From positions 6,126,301-6,190,300 of the forward strand of contig CM082577.2 of assembly GCA_040954595.2 (NCBI GenBank): a DNA stretch of 64,000 nucleotides. Reading direction: 5' to 3'. This document shows positions 1 to 12,884 of the stretch, piece by piece. Source of the stretch: Balanoglossus misakiensis (taxonomy: Eukaryota > Animalia > Hemichordata). Both the position numbers and the translations under genes were made by a program. Every line of letters begins with the position of its first letter. Positions within the stretch are counted from its first letter, which is position 1. The notes beneath the pieces were generated by a model that saw only the letters and a program-made list of their open reading frames with translations, had not been told where the DNA came from and ran no database searches.

Positions 1-3000
1 GGGAGTAATTAGTCCAAATTCATCTCAAAATTCTCATTTGAATTTGTAAAGCGATTGATGCCTTCTGACGATAAGTATCAGGCGCGAAAAAAGAATGACT
101 TGGAATCGTTTACGTTCAGGGTACCGTTGGTCCGAAGAGAGAGCTATACGCCGGTGTGTAGTCTGGTCTACGTCGTATACAAATCATATGTGAACAGTTA
201 TCTGCATTCAGAGCACAGCCGTCGAAGTAGATTGGTTAAAGGGCTTCATTTCATATTGCTTGTACAGGTTACCGAATGATCAGGCATTGAACCACATCAA
301 AACAACATTGAACTCTGCATGACACGCGAGTGGAATGCCGCGCGTGACAAATGTGGTAAAACTAATTAACGCGCGGTAAAAGGGCAAAACAGCAGTCGTC
401 GATCCGTAAACGAGGCTGCAGTGCGCACATGGAAACAATGGCCGATTAATTAAACGTTTTGAAGATAATTCAGTCGTGACTAATAAATGGGCTGGTTTTG
501 ATCATGAACGTATTTTGCGAGATGTTTGTAGTGTCGCAGAATATATTTTTGTGTTGCGATCTTTGTTGGGCTCAGACGACGCGTAAAATGCTGACACAGT
601 GATTCGTACTATTTACATTCAGTATCACGACTTTCCCTTGCCTCGTACGCTGGAATTACTTTGCAAATTAAAACGTTTCTGACCTAGTAGCACGAGAAAA
701 AATGCCGTTTTGGAATCCATTCCGCAAATCAATCGATACCATGCAATTTTCCTGTAACCCGACTGAGTTGCAGTAACCGTGTTTCCCGCGCTTATTATGT
801 CTGTCGTTGACACGATTTCCTTGTGGCATGTAATAACACTATACCCTGCAAACAACGAGAAGAACGGGAAAACGACCTCGTGTGGGCATGTCGCTTGGAA
901 CCCATCCAAATTAATCAATGACTGCAATTTTCAAATCAATTACTCCTCTCCACCGCGTGCGATATTGCAGTTTTTCGTCTCATTTTACACTGATTTAGAC
1001 AGCCTGCAAGCGTGGTTTCGGTAGAAGGATAGAAATCCGTACCGCCTGACAATTTCGAATTCGTTGGAGTAAAGAAAACCTGCCTAGACACGTAAACAAC
1101 ATTTTATTGGCTCAAGGCGAACTTGACAATCGAGTTCAATGCCCTACAGGTCGTGTTTTCCCCACTGTTATTTTCGTGTCGTCTTCGTTGACTGATGGGC
1201 AAAGGTCGGGTTTATTAAATATTTTATCGGTGGATTTTCTATCAAAACAACAACAAATCACTGCCCTTTTAGCGGGACAAAACATTCCTTATTACCTTTG
1301 ATGGTGTCAGTTGTAAAGAAACACGCTGACAGGTGACAAAACATTATATTCAAATCGACGCACAACAAACGACAACTGATTTTCCCGCTCAACATTATCG
1401 ATTTGTTTTCAACGCCTCGCCAGCCTGAGGAACAACCGTTTTTTGACAAAACACTATAGGTGGTTTTTGTGAGAAGACGTTCGTGTGATATAAAAACGCC
1501 CGATATGCACACGTACATCATGAAATGGCATTTACGGTGTAATTTGCAGGTACACTCACATCGCAATCATGGGATTAACACCGGGCACGGGCGGTTAATA
1601 AGGACACAAACTCGACCGATGCACGCGATTGTTGACAACCTGCACACCTATATAGGGCGGTTCTCAGTCACCGGGATGTGTAAACTGTACTTTGCGGTGT
1701 GTGCGCGCGTGCATGGGCTAATCCAACCCCCCTCCATTTGATCTGCTGGTGATTAGGATCTAACCCAGGAAGATCCCACTCCTGTGAACTCTCATCGACC
1801 CTCACCTTTGCTGTGCTCACCGACCGCACTGACATTTACATATGTCGTTTGCTCATCCCCATTGTTTCCACCTTTCTGCGCCCCATCACAGTCCCATTTG
1901 TCGAAATTTTAAAAAAAATAAACTCGGATAAATGTTGGATCCCTCGCCCCGACGTGCCATCACAATGAACCGCGAACATATTACTTGAGCGAATGTCGCT
2001 CGCACCATCGAATTGTAAATTCTTGTCCCGAACTGTGACACGCGGGCGATTCATCGAGATGATAAGCCTGGCCTGTTAATTGAGAGCGGTTAAAAGACCG
2101 ATAAAAGAAAGTACAATTAATTATTTACAGACAGTGGGAATTGATATGAGTATATCACACTCAATTCACGCTTCTCTAAACTGTTGACAGTCTTGAGAGA
2201 GAGTGTGTGTGCGTTCGGCTAAAACATCCAGTGATTGAAACAGCGTTGGGGGTATCGAACATTGTTATTTTGATATATAAGGGCGAAATTTATTATTTGG
2301 TTCGATCGTCCTATATGCAGGCAAACACACGTTTACTTTACATTAATTTGAACTTGACATTTCGTTCGCTTTTGACCCTCCCAATCTACCGCAGTATCGA
2401 CCTGATATAAGACCACGCGCATAAATTTGACCACAGAGGGCGTAATTTGGGTAAGTATTTAGGGTCGGTTGTTGGACAAAACATAGTAGCAAAAAAAAAC
2501 GGTTCCATTTGATTGCGTTCAGTAACTCAGAGCTATAAACTTGTCATTAATTTGTTGCAATGCCCACGGTCCGCGCCTACGGTAAAATGTTATGACGATG
2601 GGATGCGGGACAAAAAGAAACCCCGCATTAATCCATTTTCAGATAATGGTTGCTTGCATAATGTAAACGTATATTATCGTATAGGTACCGGGTGAGTGCA
2701 CAAATAGAACGGTGGGTGTTTGAACATGCTTTACGGTCCAGGAGTCGACCAGCAACATGTAGTTGAAAACACTGAGATAAGAGCCTCCAAATGCGTCCCC
2801 GAAGGTTGTCATACAAATTTAAATAGTTGTGAGCACTGTTTTTTGTTTAAAATGTCATGCGCGTATAAAGCGTGGGATTTCACATCCCCCGGACCGATGA
2901 CTTTGCTCTTCAGAGCATCTCAGAATTTTGCCTTCTTGTGAGCCACGCGCAGATGTCATCAACGCGAACCCAGTCAAGCTAGTGCATCATGGCCCGCGGG

Positions 3001-4157
3001 TCAACGTCACCATGGCGACGATTCAGAACAGTCTCTCATATCGAAGTGCAGCCACCGTTAGTAATTCGCATCATAGCGACAACATCCAGCGGACTGCTAC
3101 TGTGCTGTGTCGGGCGCTTGAAGAGGCGGTGGATGCCGTCACGTGTATGTGAGAGTGACGCGTTGTACGTCACAGCTTTCCGTTGACGTCACGCGCGCTG
3201 AAGTCAAATGCGATCAGATGATTTTGGGGCATTGAACTCTTGAAGTTGGAGAACACCATCAGCGCGTTGGGGACTGGTGGTGCTCAGAGAGTTCTCCCGT
3301 ACACAACAGCTGTGTGGGACTCCGTGGATTAGATTCCATTTCCCGCAGGTGTGGTCAATAAAAGTGGCATTATCAACTCTCTACCTTCAATTAACTCAGA
3401 ATGGCGCGTATCTATAATGTCAGGGGCACGCGCAAAACAATAAAATGGATAACAGATCCAAAGAACATCTGCAGGGTATATAGCTCGGAGCACCAGTTAT
3501 GTGCTTATTGATATTTGGCAATATTATCATTGTAAAGAATTTGTATGACGATTATGGGGTATTTGAATGTAAGCAATGCGAGACAACCCTCTAAAATTCC
3601 GACGAGTAACCAAGCCATCTAAATATGAGATGCCAGCTTTTAGGCGAATTAGGGACACAGATGTTAGCGATTTGGCCCCGGACGCATCATGTCTTTTGCC
3701 GGTTGCACTACTGGAAATGTTGTTTATGCGCCACAATCATCAACGGATCATAGTGCCTTCCTTATCTGTCAAATTTCCTTTCAAAGCTTTTGATACGTGT
3801 ATGGCGTGGTGATGTCTGGTACCCGCAGCTTTTTTTCAACATTTTCCGCTTCTAAAACGTGACACAACGTTCTTTTTTTAACCAACACATCATCATATTT
3901 GGTATTTACCATGGACAACATTTTCGCGCCTTTTTTGTTGCGAGAGATGGCAAATTACTGCGCGGACAGTTGATATACGACACAATGATCGTTATCATGA
4001 CATCGGTGATCTCTGGTCTACTATCATTTTATCTGACTACCAAGAGAGTGATTTGTAACTAGGCACTCACGAGTCTAGTCTCCCTTGTCAGGTAAAGTCA
4101 CTACTATCATGATGACGATTATCCCACAATGGTGAATGAGATCTACAAGCCAACACG

Positions 4158-4189
<32 letters not shown>

Positions 4190-4264
4190 CATACATACAT
4201 ACATACATACATACATACATACATACATACATACATACATACATACATACATACATACATACAT

Positions 4265-4295
<31 letters not shown>

Positions 4296-4468
4296 TACAT
4301 ACATACATACATACATACATACATACATACATACATACATACATACATACATACATACATACATACATACATACATACATACATACATACATACATACAT
4401 ACAGACAGACAGACAGACAGACAGACATACATACATACACACAGACAGACAGACAGAAAGACAGACAG
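4158..4468. repeat. Compound tetranucleotide microsatellite (ACAT)n/(ACAG)n
   Basis: Directly visible alternating blocks of ACAT and ACAG units; explains the low-complexity ORFs at 4075-4546. Confidence 0.98.
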
Positions 4469-7400
4469 GAGAGTTTGACCATTCAATTAGATTCTAGCTT
4501 TGCTGTGTGTGAACAATTATATTCGTATCAAATTCTACCCAATTAGCAAGCATTTTGTGATGCCAAATTATCCAATTCAAACGATTAACATTTTCGGAAA
4601 TGAATGAAGTGGCTTAAATTTCATACGAGCAATCGTCTGTTCATCAAATTCCGTTTATTTTACTACGTACACATTCTTTTGTATAAACACACTCCATTCG
4701 CCAGACAGGTATCCTTGTCGGAGAAATTCCCCCCGGAAAAGAAATCCGCCTCAACACCTGCTGGAAGCACGTGCGTGTCAGCGAGATATGCCAGGTCGTT
4801 TGGAGGCTGTAATCAGACACTTTGAAGATCTCCAAAACCTCCCGGGAATCTCTTGGGGAAATGACTTAAAACACAGTCTCCTGCGTTCAGTTGAGTGTCT
4901 GTTCGTGAAAGCAAGACTAAAATCATAAATAATACACACTACACTGGCGATGGGCAGCAAAAAAACAAAACAATTACATTACCCGCCAGCGTTCATAACT
5001 GACAAGTCTACAGAAATTCTCCACACGGTGGCCCTGCTTTTGTTCAAATCTACAGGATATTTCTAGGAAATTGTAAATTGAAACGGTAAATTTTTAATGT
5101 ATAAGAATGTATTTTCAAGCGGTTGGTAAAAAGCGAAAGTTGTTACACATATTATTCATCGTCGTATAACAGTTCATTGTTTGGCGCGAGTAGAGATGTG
5201 TTGTCAGTTGTCATCGCCAAAGCCTGCTGTACGCAGTGCCGGGATGTAGTGTAACTATACTAGTAAGTACATCGTCAGGGAATCGGATGGAATTTGGATG
5301 GTGTGTTTTAAAACAATTGGCCGCTGCAGTCAGCGGTTGTCTTCGTTCAAACTCGACACTACATGTTAACGGTTTTCGTGCGATTTAGTAACATCACATC
5401 GTAGGTGTCATATTTTCATATTCAGTGATAACAATCACTTTCAAGTGAAAAAATATGACCAGATTGACAATCTTCCAGATGTGATTAATTTGTTGACCAC
5501 TTGACCATGACAGAAGAGAATATACTTCATTTATCATTAACCGAACGCGATAATCGTGCACTCAGGAAATCATTACACCATGGCTCTCTTGAGAATGCAC
5601 GCTATTACTGAAATGCATGTCCTTTTGTTTGACGTGCCATTGCGTCATCGTGCTGACGTCACCGCTGACTAAAATGACGAACATCGCGAATTCGGGAAGA
5701 AAACACATGTGTATTAAACAAATCAGCTACATAAATGGTTTAAATTTCCTCCAGACATTCGATCACTGGGGAATTTGATGTGGCGATTTAATCCACGCTG
5801 ATGAATGCTGGCGAGCCTCGCCGACGCGGATACTCTTCCCGCGCACAATATTTTGTCAGACGACACTAATTTGCCGCGTAAAACTGAAACCCCGCCCTTT
5901 CAAAATTTGCGTAGGTTTTGTTCTCCTATGACGTCACTTTACTTAGCGGGATTTTGCACACCTTTGAGTGAAAAGGTCGTTGTTTATGACACTCATAAAC
6001 GTGGGAGGTACGCGGATTTGAGAGCGAAAACAATACACATGTACTTTGAATCCATCGACCTGGCTCTTCAAATTAAACCCTCAGCCGATTTGCACATACA
6101 TTGTACATTAGAACGCCCATTTAACCGTTCCTTTTAATTTCATATCCTCGCCGGACCATTCCCTCTGGTTGATTAATTTGCAAGCAAGACCAGCCCATTA
6201 ACGAAATCTCTGCCGTCGCTCGTTGCTAAAAAAAGTACAGACGGGAAGGAAAAGTCGCACTATACGAGTACGGAAAATGACAGTTATGATACCATGTAAT
6301 ACTTTCAGCGGAGTTAAGTCTTTGCATAGACCTATACGCTGAAGTTCTACTGTCATCGATTTTCGCGAATGATTCCCCCAAGCAATTTCATACCCGCTGA
6401 CATGTCTACACTCATGAAAGCATGATCGAGAAAATGGCCTTTTGTCCGTCACGAGAAGTCCAGCAGGCACAGGAATTTCAATTCGTCACGGATGACGTAC
6501 GTGTTAATTATTCGATTATTCAAACGTGTTCAAACAGACACGGTCATTATCGCGACAAAGGCCCTACTTTCTCTGAGGTCTTTTTAATTTGTCGATATCT
6601 CCAAAAACCAAAACCACTACCATCGATCATAGACATTCTAATGTCTGTGCGTCGATGGAGGTCAAAGCTACCGACCCGAAGCATGAATTGCATCTGTTTG
6701 CGAACCTTGTAAATTCCCAACAATACGCCATAAATACACCAGTCAAACTCCACTTTCCATTAAAGTTGAAAGCGTATTTTCAGATCGGTTGCGATGAGTT
6801 GAAACCATGTACAGCCCTCGTGCCATGATGTAATTATATGTAAATCCAGTGCGTATGATGGTCTTGCTCCGTGATATGTAAATAAAACTACTTTCAGTGG
6901 AATACTGCACTTCAAAAACAGGAAATTATACAACATTCGTAACGATAGTATGTTCGTCGTATACGTTATAAAATGATCAATAAATATATATTCATTCAGT
7001 AGTACATTAGCCTTGTGTTATTGTCAACTTCAAAGTCATCGTGAAGCTTACTCGGCGTGTACATGGATGACAACTGTCGTTGACCCTGAAAATCAGGGCA
7101 GGCGATCAGATTATTGGCGTGGGTCAAGGAACATCACTTGTAAATGAACTCAGCGATAATCACTTTGTACTTCGAATGTCACATTTTCCCTAGTAAGCCT
7201 CAAGCAGCGAGTTACGGTATAAACAGCGCGCGCAGCCAGTCTGGTTTGTGGTTTCTGTTGCAGATCGAGTACTATAGCTCTTGTAAATTGGGATTTAAGC
7301 GGTAATGTCCGGAAAGGGTCTCGTCTATATACCGTCAAAAAAACGTCGGCACCTCAGTGATCGCCCGTTCGTTGAATTGCCGACAGTGACAGTGTTCATA

Positions 7401-10400
7401 CACGTTACGTTGTTTGGATGCTGGGCTGGATTATCGCAGGATGGCGCAGAATGCCATTTTTGGCGGGAAAATATGTCGCGCGCTCGATATGTTTGCACTC
7501 TCTTTCGAAATCATCTCATTTCCGCGGCCGTGACGACAGCAGGTGTGCGTTGAAGGTAGAAGGACATGGGAAAGTCCATAAAAAGAGTTCAGTCTTGACA
7601 GTTGCAATGCATAACTCCCGATGCTTGGTTTCCAATTTAGTTTGTAGTCGTATTTTTCTCCGAAGGTTATTTTGGTCACGCAGATTAAATAATCGTCTGT
7701 AACCCTTTCAACACAAAGTCCTTGAATTCAAACATTTGTTACGCCACGTCTTACCATGCAAGACACATACCCGTAAAAATAAAAATTGGAAGGTACATGT
7801 ATATGACTAATCGACAAGACCGTTCTCATTATTTATATATGTCCTAACGTCTATAAGGTAAAACCGGGTACGCGTTGACGACAGATTCGAACTGTTGAAC
7901 TGATGTAATGCATGTAATGAGCTCGATGCCGCGGCGCACACGTGTACGACGCGTGACGACACCTACCTTGGCTGGGGAATATCGTTTACGGAAATAATTG
8001 CCATCATACCCATCCATATTCCCCCAAAACCAAAGGTCAAATATCACGTTTCCATGGCCAGTTTTGACGGCAAAGCAAAACAGAACAAAGTAGAGAAAAC
8101 AGAGTCGAATCGGTAAAAGAAAGAACCCTGTCAAAAAGACCCTTAGAACTGATTTCCGGTGGTACATGTTCGAAAATACTAAACACACCCTGCCCCCTCG
8201 TGGTTCCCGACGTGTCATTCAACATTTTCTATGACAGTGTAGATTACAGAAAGATTACAATACAGGTTAAAAGTTCACTTAATTGTGACGTACATGCGAT
8301 CATCGGCCAGGTAGGGGACATGGGGTCATCTCCGGTCATTGACCTTTGGTGTTAGGATTGATTTGCTCTGTTTTTATTCACAGGCCGTTTTGGGGGATTA
8401 CAACGCGAAGTACAACTCATATATTAAACTTGTTTTCTTGATTTACAAAACAAAAACAAGTTATTCGTCGACTTTCATTAACGGAAAATTTCTTCAAGTT
8501 GTAGAATATGCTGTGTTCTATTATTTTTTGCATTGGTCTCTAAAATGTGAGTGCTCTACGCAACATGGGCGTGTGCAAAAGAGGAAACGACGGTAAAATG
8601 AAAATATACCCGAGAAAGTTTAAATGTTGTAAATTTGGGTTAACACACCGCTCCCTTCCGAAAACAACATGGTTAATAATGGTCAGGGGGGCCTGAATAA
8701 TGGTCTCGTGTCTGTATGTCAGCACTGGTTGGTTTCTGTGACCATCTAAGTATATACCCTGCTTTGCTCTAACATCCATTCAAAATTCACTCATAGAATT
8801 TAATGAAAATGTTGAACACAGCGGCGGCAGCGATGATGGCGTAACAACATCTGTTTCGGATTTAAAATATGTGTATAATAATAGCATTGTTTTTTATACG
8901 TATATAGTCTTTCACCGTGTGCGTGCTACACATGTTCTAGTGGACAAGACCCCCAAGTCAAAACACGCGGTTCGCGCGAGTTTTACACCATTAATTGCTG
9001 AGATATTCGATTCTTCCCGCTCCATTGTGCACGACACTTTATTTAAAGCCGACGAAATAACAACAATAATTGATCTGTGGGTGAAAAGACACGGAAAGAT
9101 TGCGATCGTGCCTTTTACGCACAAAGACTTTTGACCCAAAGCGCAAGCGTGGCGCGTGAAGATAACGCGTTGTTATCTAAGCAACAACTTCACCGTACGT
9201 AAACACTTTGCACATCATCATAGACAGGGCATTTTCAAGAACGGTTAACGTGAAGCCGCGATTGAATGAGTGAAAACACCCACCACGTGCGTCATTGTGT
9301 TGTGTTTTGTGGAACACGACTCCACTTGAAAAACAAAATTCCACTATACAATTATGCGTGACGTCATTTTCCGACAAACAGGCTACATGATGTATACCTT
9401 GACCGCTTTAGAAAATTCCCACAAAGCGTAAACAAAAAAAAGGTATAGTCATTATTAAACACAGTACATATTTTCCAAACATCCCCCTGGCGGAGGGAGG
9501 GGGTTAAATGGCAAGAAAGAGTGTGTACACAAAAACATGCTGTAGGGTGCTCTATATCCACGTGATCCAACACGATTTTCGTTACATCCGTATGTAGGCT
9601 ACGTTGTTATCGACGAGTTTTCAGTTTATCGTTTGCGTGGTGATGTTCACTAAGCCGTCGACACGTTGGTTCTCCCCATGTTCTCGTAGAAATTTGTGCT
9701 TGCTAGCTGTTTAGAAAACAATACCAAGAATTTGAAGATAAATCGCTAATAAACGGGCAAAGAATGAACTCTTGCGGAGATAATTTCAATGTCATAGCTT
9801 CGGCACGTCGCCCGGGAGTAGTTAATTTCAACACGACACAATTATACCATGGTTTCAATATACGACTCTGGAAAACGTTTCTGGATTTGGTTTTAAAAGA
9901 AAAACCGTGTCATTTACGCCAAGTCTCTCGGCTTAGCAGGCACCATACTGATCGAAACAAGTCGGCAAATCGTCCACCAAATCTAATAATGTACTAACAA
10001 CACGTAAATCGCTAAACTAAAGAGGGTTATAGTTGCACACTTTAACGACCAGCTTTGAGACTAAACACTGACAAACCGTTTGGAACCTACAGACCTCTGT
10101 GCCTTTTTCGTTGACAATTTAATACCTGCCCGACTTTATGTGAACTCGTACGGTTATCTAAAATCGGACTATAAGATTCGGTAATCTTGCTGTTTGTGAT
10201 AACACGGCGTCTTGACTCTTAAACGGTCCGCTTTTCAAGGTCGTTTCCAGGTCTTCCGAACTAGTTTTATGTAACAGAAAAACAAAGCAAAACAAAGCGT
10301 TTCGCAAAGGTCGGGTCTATCCTATCCCACCACGATATCGCGCGTTTTGTGCTTTTCAAATCAAGCAATTTAGGTTTTTTTGTGGGCCACGTTATTCTCG

Positions 10401-11167
10401 GTTACCAATCGTAGAATAAGCACGATTTTATTTACATGTCTCTTAGTTTGGAGTTAGCTTATATCGCAAACGACAGATGGGACAGTACCGATCTTTTAAA
10501 ACAAGACAGGGAGAAATCTCTCTATGAGGGCGATTATTGTATTAGACGAAGTTCCCCTCTGGACAGACGGAAACAATCCTGTCTGTGACGGACGACACAC
10601 CGAATATGTCTGGAAACTGTTCGTTTTTTTCTTTTATGAAAGGGATGAATTATTAAACGCATTTAGAAATTCATAAATGCGTGATGTGAAATATATCAGC
10701 GACTCTCTCAAATATTTGACTTTGCCGTCGGAGCAGTCGTCGGCCTTTGTGTAAATTTCGCGTCATATTGGCGCGATACTACTTGCCACAGACTTTCTCA
10801 TTATAATAATAATGCTTCGAAACGTCACTCTTAGCTTTGAAAATCCACCAAAAAATGTGCCCAATCGACTCCCTTAACACTCTAACTACAGACCGACCCC
10901 GCTTTAACAATGGAAGCGATAGTTAAGTAGTCTTTTGCGAGACGGACAACAATGCACTGCCGCGTCACGGCCTAAATGCATATTACAGCCTACCTACGTC
11001 ACTGGGTATTAATAGCCGATGCGTGTTCGTTTACAAGTAACGCTTGTGTCTACGCATCATCAGACCGTGTGCGCAGAGCAAGAAGGCTATACTGTGAAGA
11101 GTGCGATCGTCGTCACAACGTACATAACCGTGACACTCGCGAAGCTGTGTTCTTTTTCCCCGCAGCC

Positions 11168-12884
11168 ATGGAATTCAACAGCGTGGTCTGTCAGGAGGTG
11201 TATGAGGCCGAGAGATTGCTCAAAAAGCGGTCGCGGAAGGTACGTGGGGGAATTTTAAACGATTATATTTCCGTGCCTCGGTCGCGAGCAGCGCATAGAG
11301 GCTGTGCGCTGAGAGAGATTTTTTGTCAACAACCCATTAACGCGTTGTTTTTGTTCGTCTCTGTGCTTTCAGGGTATGGTGGAATATCTGGTGAAATGGA
11401 AAGGCTGGGCAGCTAAGTAAGTAACGACTTGTTCAATGGCAACCATTTTCATCCCGATCCGTCAATTTTAATTTTTCCCTCAAAATTTAAATTTCTTGCC
11501 ACTTCTTAACCGTTTCCAGTAATATTCAATATATGCGTCTCAATTACAGGCACAACACGTGGGAACCAGTAGAGAATATTCTGGATCCGAAATTGATAGA
11601 CCAGTTTATTCGACGGTGAGTGGGTTATCTCACATGTCTAGATTCTTGGTGGTGTTTAAACACTGTGCAGCGATTACAAAAATGGCGCAAGCGAAATTAC
11701 TGCATTAACATCAATATTCGTCACACACGTTGCATTCGGTTGCGTACGCTATATGTAAACACGCCGCTGTCCCCGCTAATCGATTTGTATTGAATCTCTC
11801 GTTCTCTCACACAGTTGCAGGAGGCGGGAAGCACGTGAGGCCAAAATTCGCAAACGCAAGTTCGTCGAAATGCTTCGGGTAAGTATACCCTTTTACTGCG
11901 TAATGACCGATTTAATGGGGTTTTTCCCTAAGTATAAAAACGCCGTTCGTGCCTTGTTTAATAAGTCAGGCGCCGCGAACGTCGGAATTTGTGCGTAGGC
12001 TATAATGGTCGCATGTTCTCTTGTCCTTGCGTTGATAGGAGGATAAAACGAAGAAAGCGCCGCTGGTCGTGAAGTCGAGCAGCCCCTACTGCCAAAATGT
12101 GCAGAAGAATGTGAGAAAATTCGACAAGAGCAGTGGTAACCATGGGAACCAAGTGGATAATTCTAGAACCATGCGTGAAGTCGGCTCAAACCAGTCTACG
12201 CAGGCTAGCATGGAGGTCGACGACATCGGTAAACATGAGTATGTGAAAGAAGCAGACGACACAGTCAGCGAGCCACAAATTGAAGGCGGGAAACTGGCCG
12301 ACGTTTGCATGGTCGTGAAGAAACCCACACTGTGGTGTCCATACAAGTTGAGCGATGAGAACTGCAACGAAATCACGTCGTTTGAGAAAGTGCCATCTGA
12401 CAGGGAGGCGTACAAGGGAGTTTACAAGTTGACCGTGACGGAGAGTGTGAAGCTCAGCGACGGGTTCGGCTTTGGCTGCGCGGCGACGACTCCGAGCGCG
12501 ACGCAGATCAGTCAACCCGCCACTGGGTTGCAGTACACGGCCGTGTCTTCCGAAGCAACGGCGATAGCATCGAAATATGACAGTGCAAGAGATTCGTATT
12601 ACGACCGACAGGTGGACAGCCCGTTCTCCGGCGCCGCCGTCCCCAAGGAAACGCCGGTGTATCTGCAGGAGAGACAGTACGACAGATGCGGCGGGGCGAG
12701 TGGCCAACAGTACGGCAGCTATCACCGCCATTACGTACCTGCACTGTCCCTGACAGCCGCGCACAGTTCGAAGACAACTCCACCGGGCATGGTACTCAAA
12801 ACCGACGTCACATCCAACGACATCACGGTGACAATCCAGGAGAGCTTCTCGCAAAGAGATTTCTTCAAACCGCGCATGCCGTAG
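11168..12884 (+). CDS. CBX: Polycomb/chromobox protein (Cbx paralog A), 5 exons: 11168-11239, 11373-11416, 11550-11615, 11815(or 11821)-11878, 12039-12884; ~363 aa
   Basis: GT-AG joined exons give the chromodomain [58 protein letters not shown] and a terminal Pc box VLKTDVTSNDITVTIQESFSQRDFFKP. The frame is continuous across all junctions; the start context is gccATGg. Confidence 0.92.

Noticed and set aside
3012-3152. 46-aa small ORF with a good Kozak context (caccATGg; MATIQNSLSYRS...) and AATAAA at 3356
   Set aside because: No recognisable homology or other support from sequence alone; ORFs of this size arise by chance.
4075-4546. Five overlapping 99-136 aa ORFs (MYVC/HTYI repeats)
   Set aside because: Translation artefacts of the (ACAT)n/(ACAG)n microsatellite.
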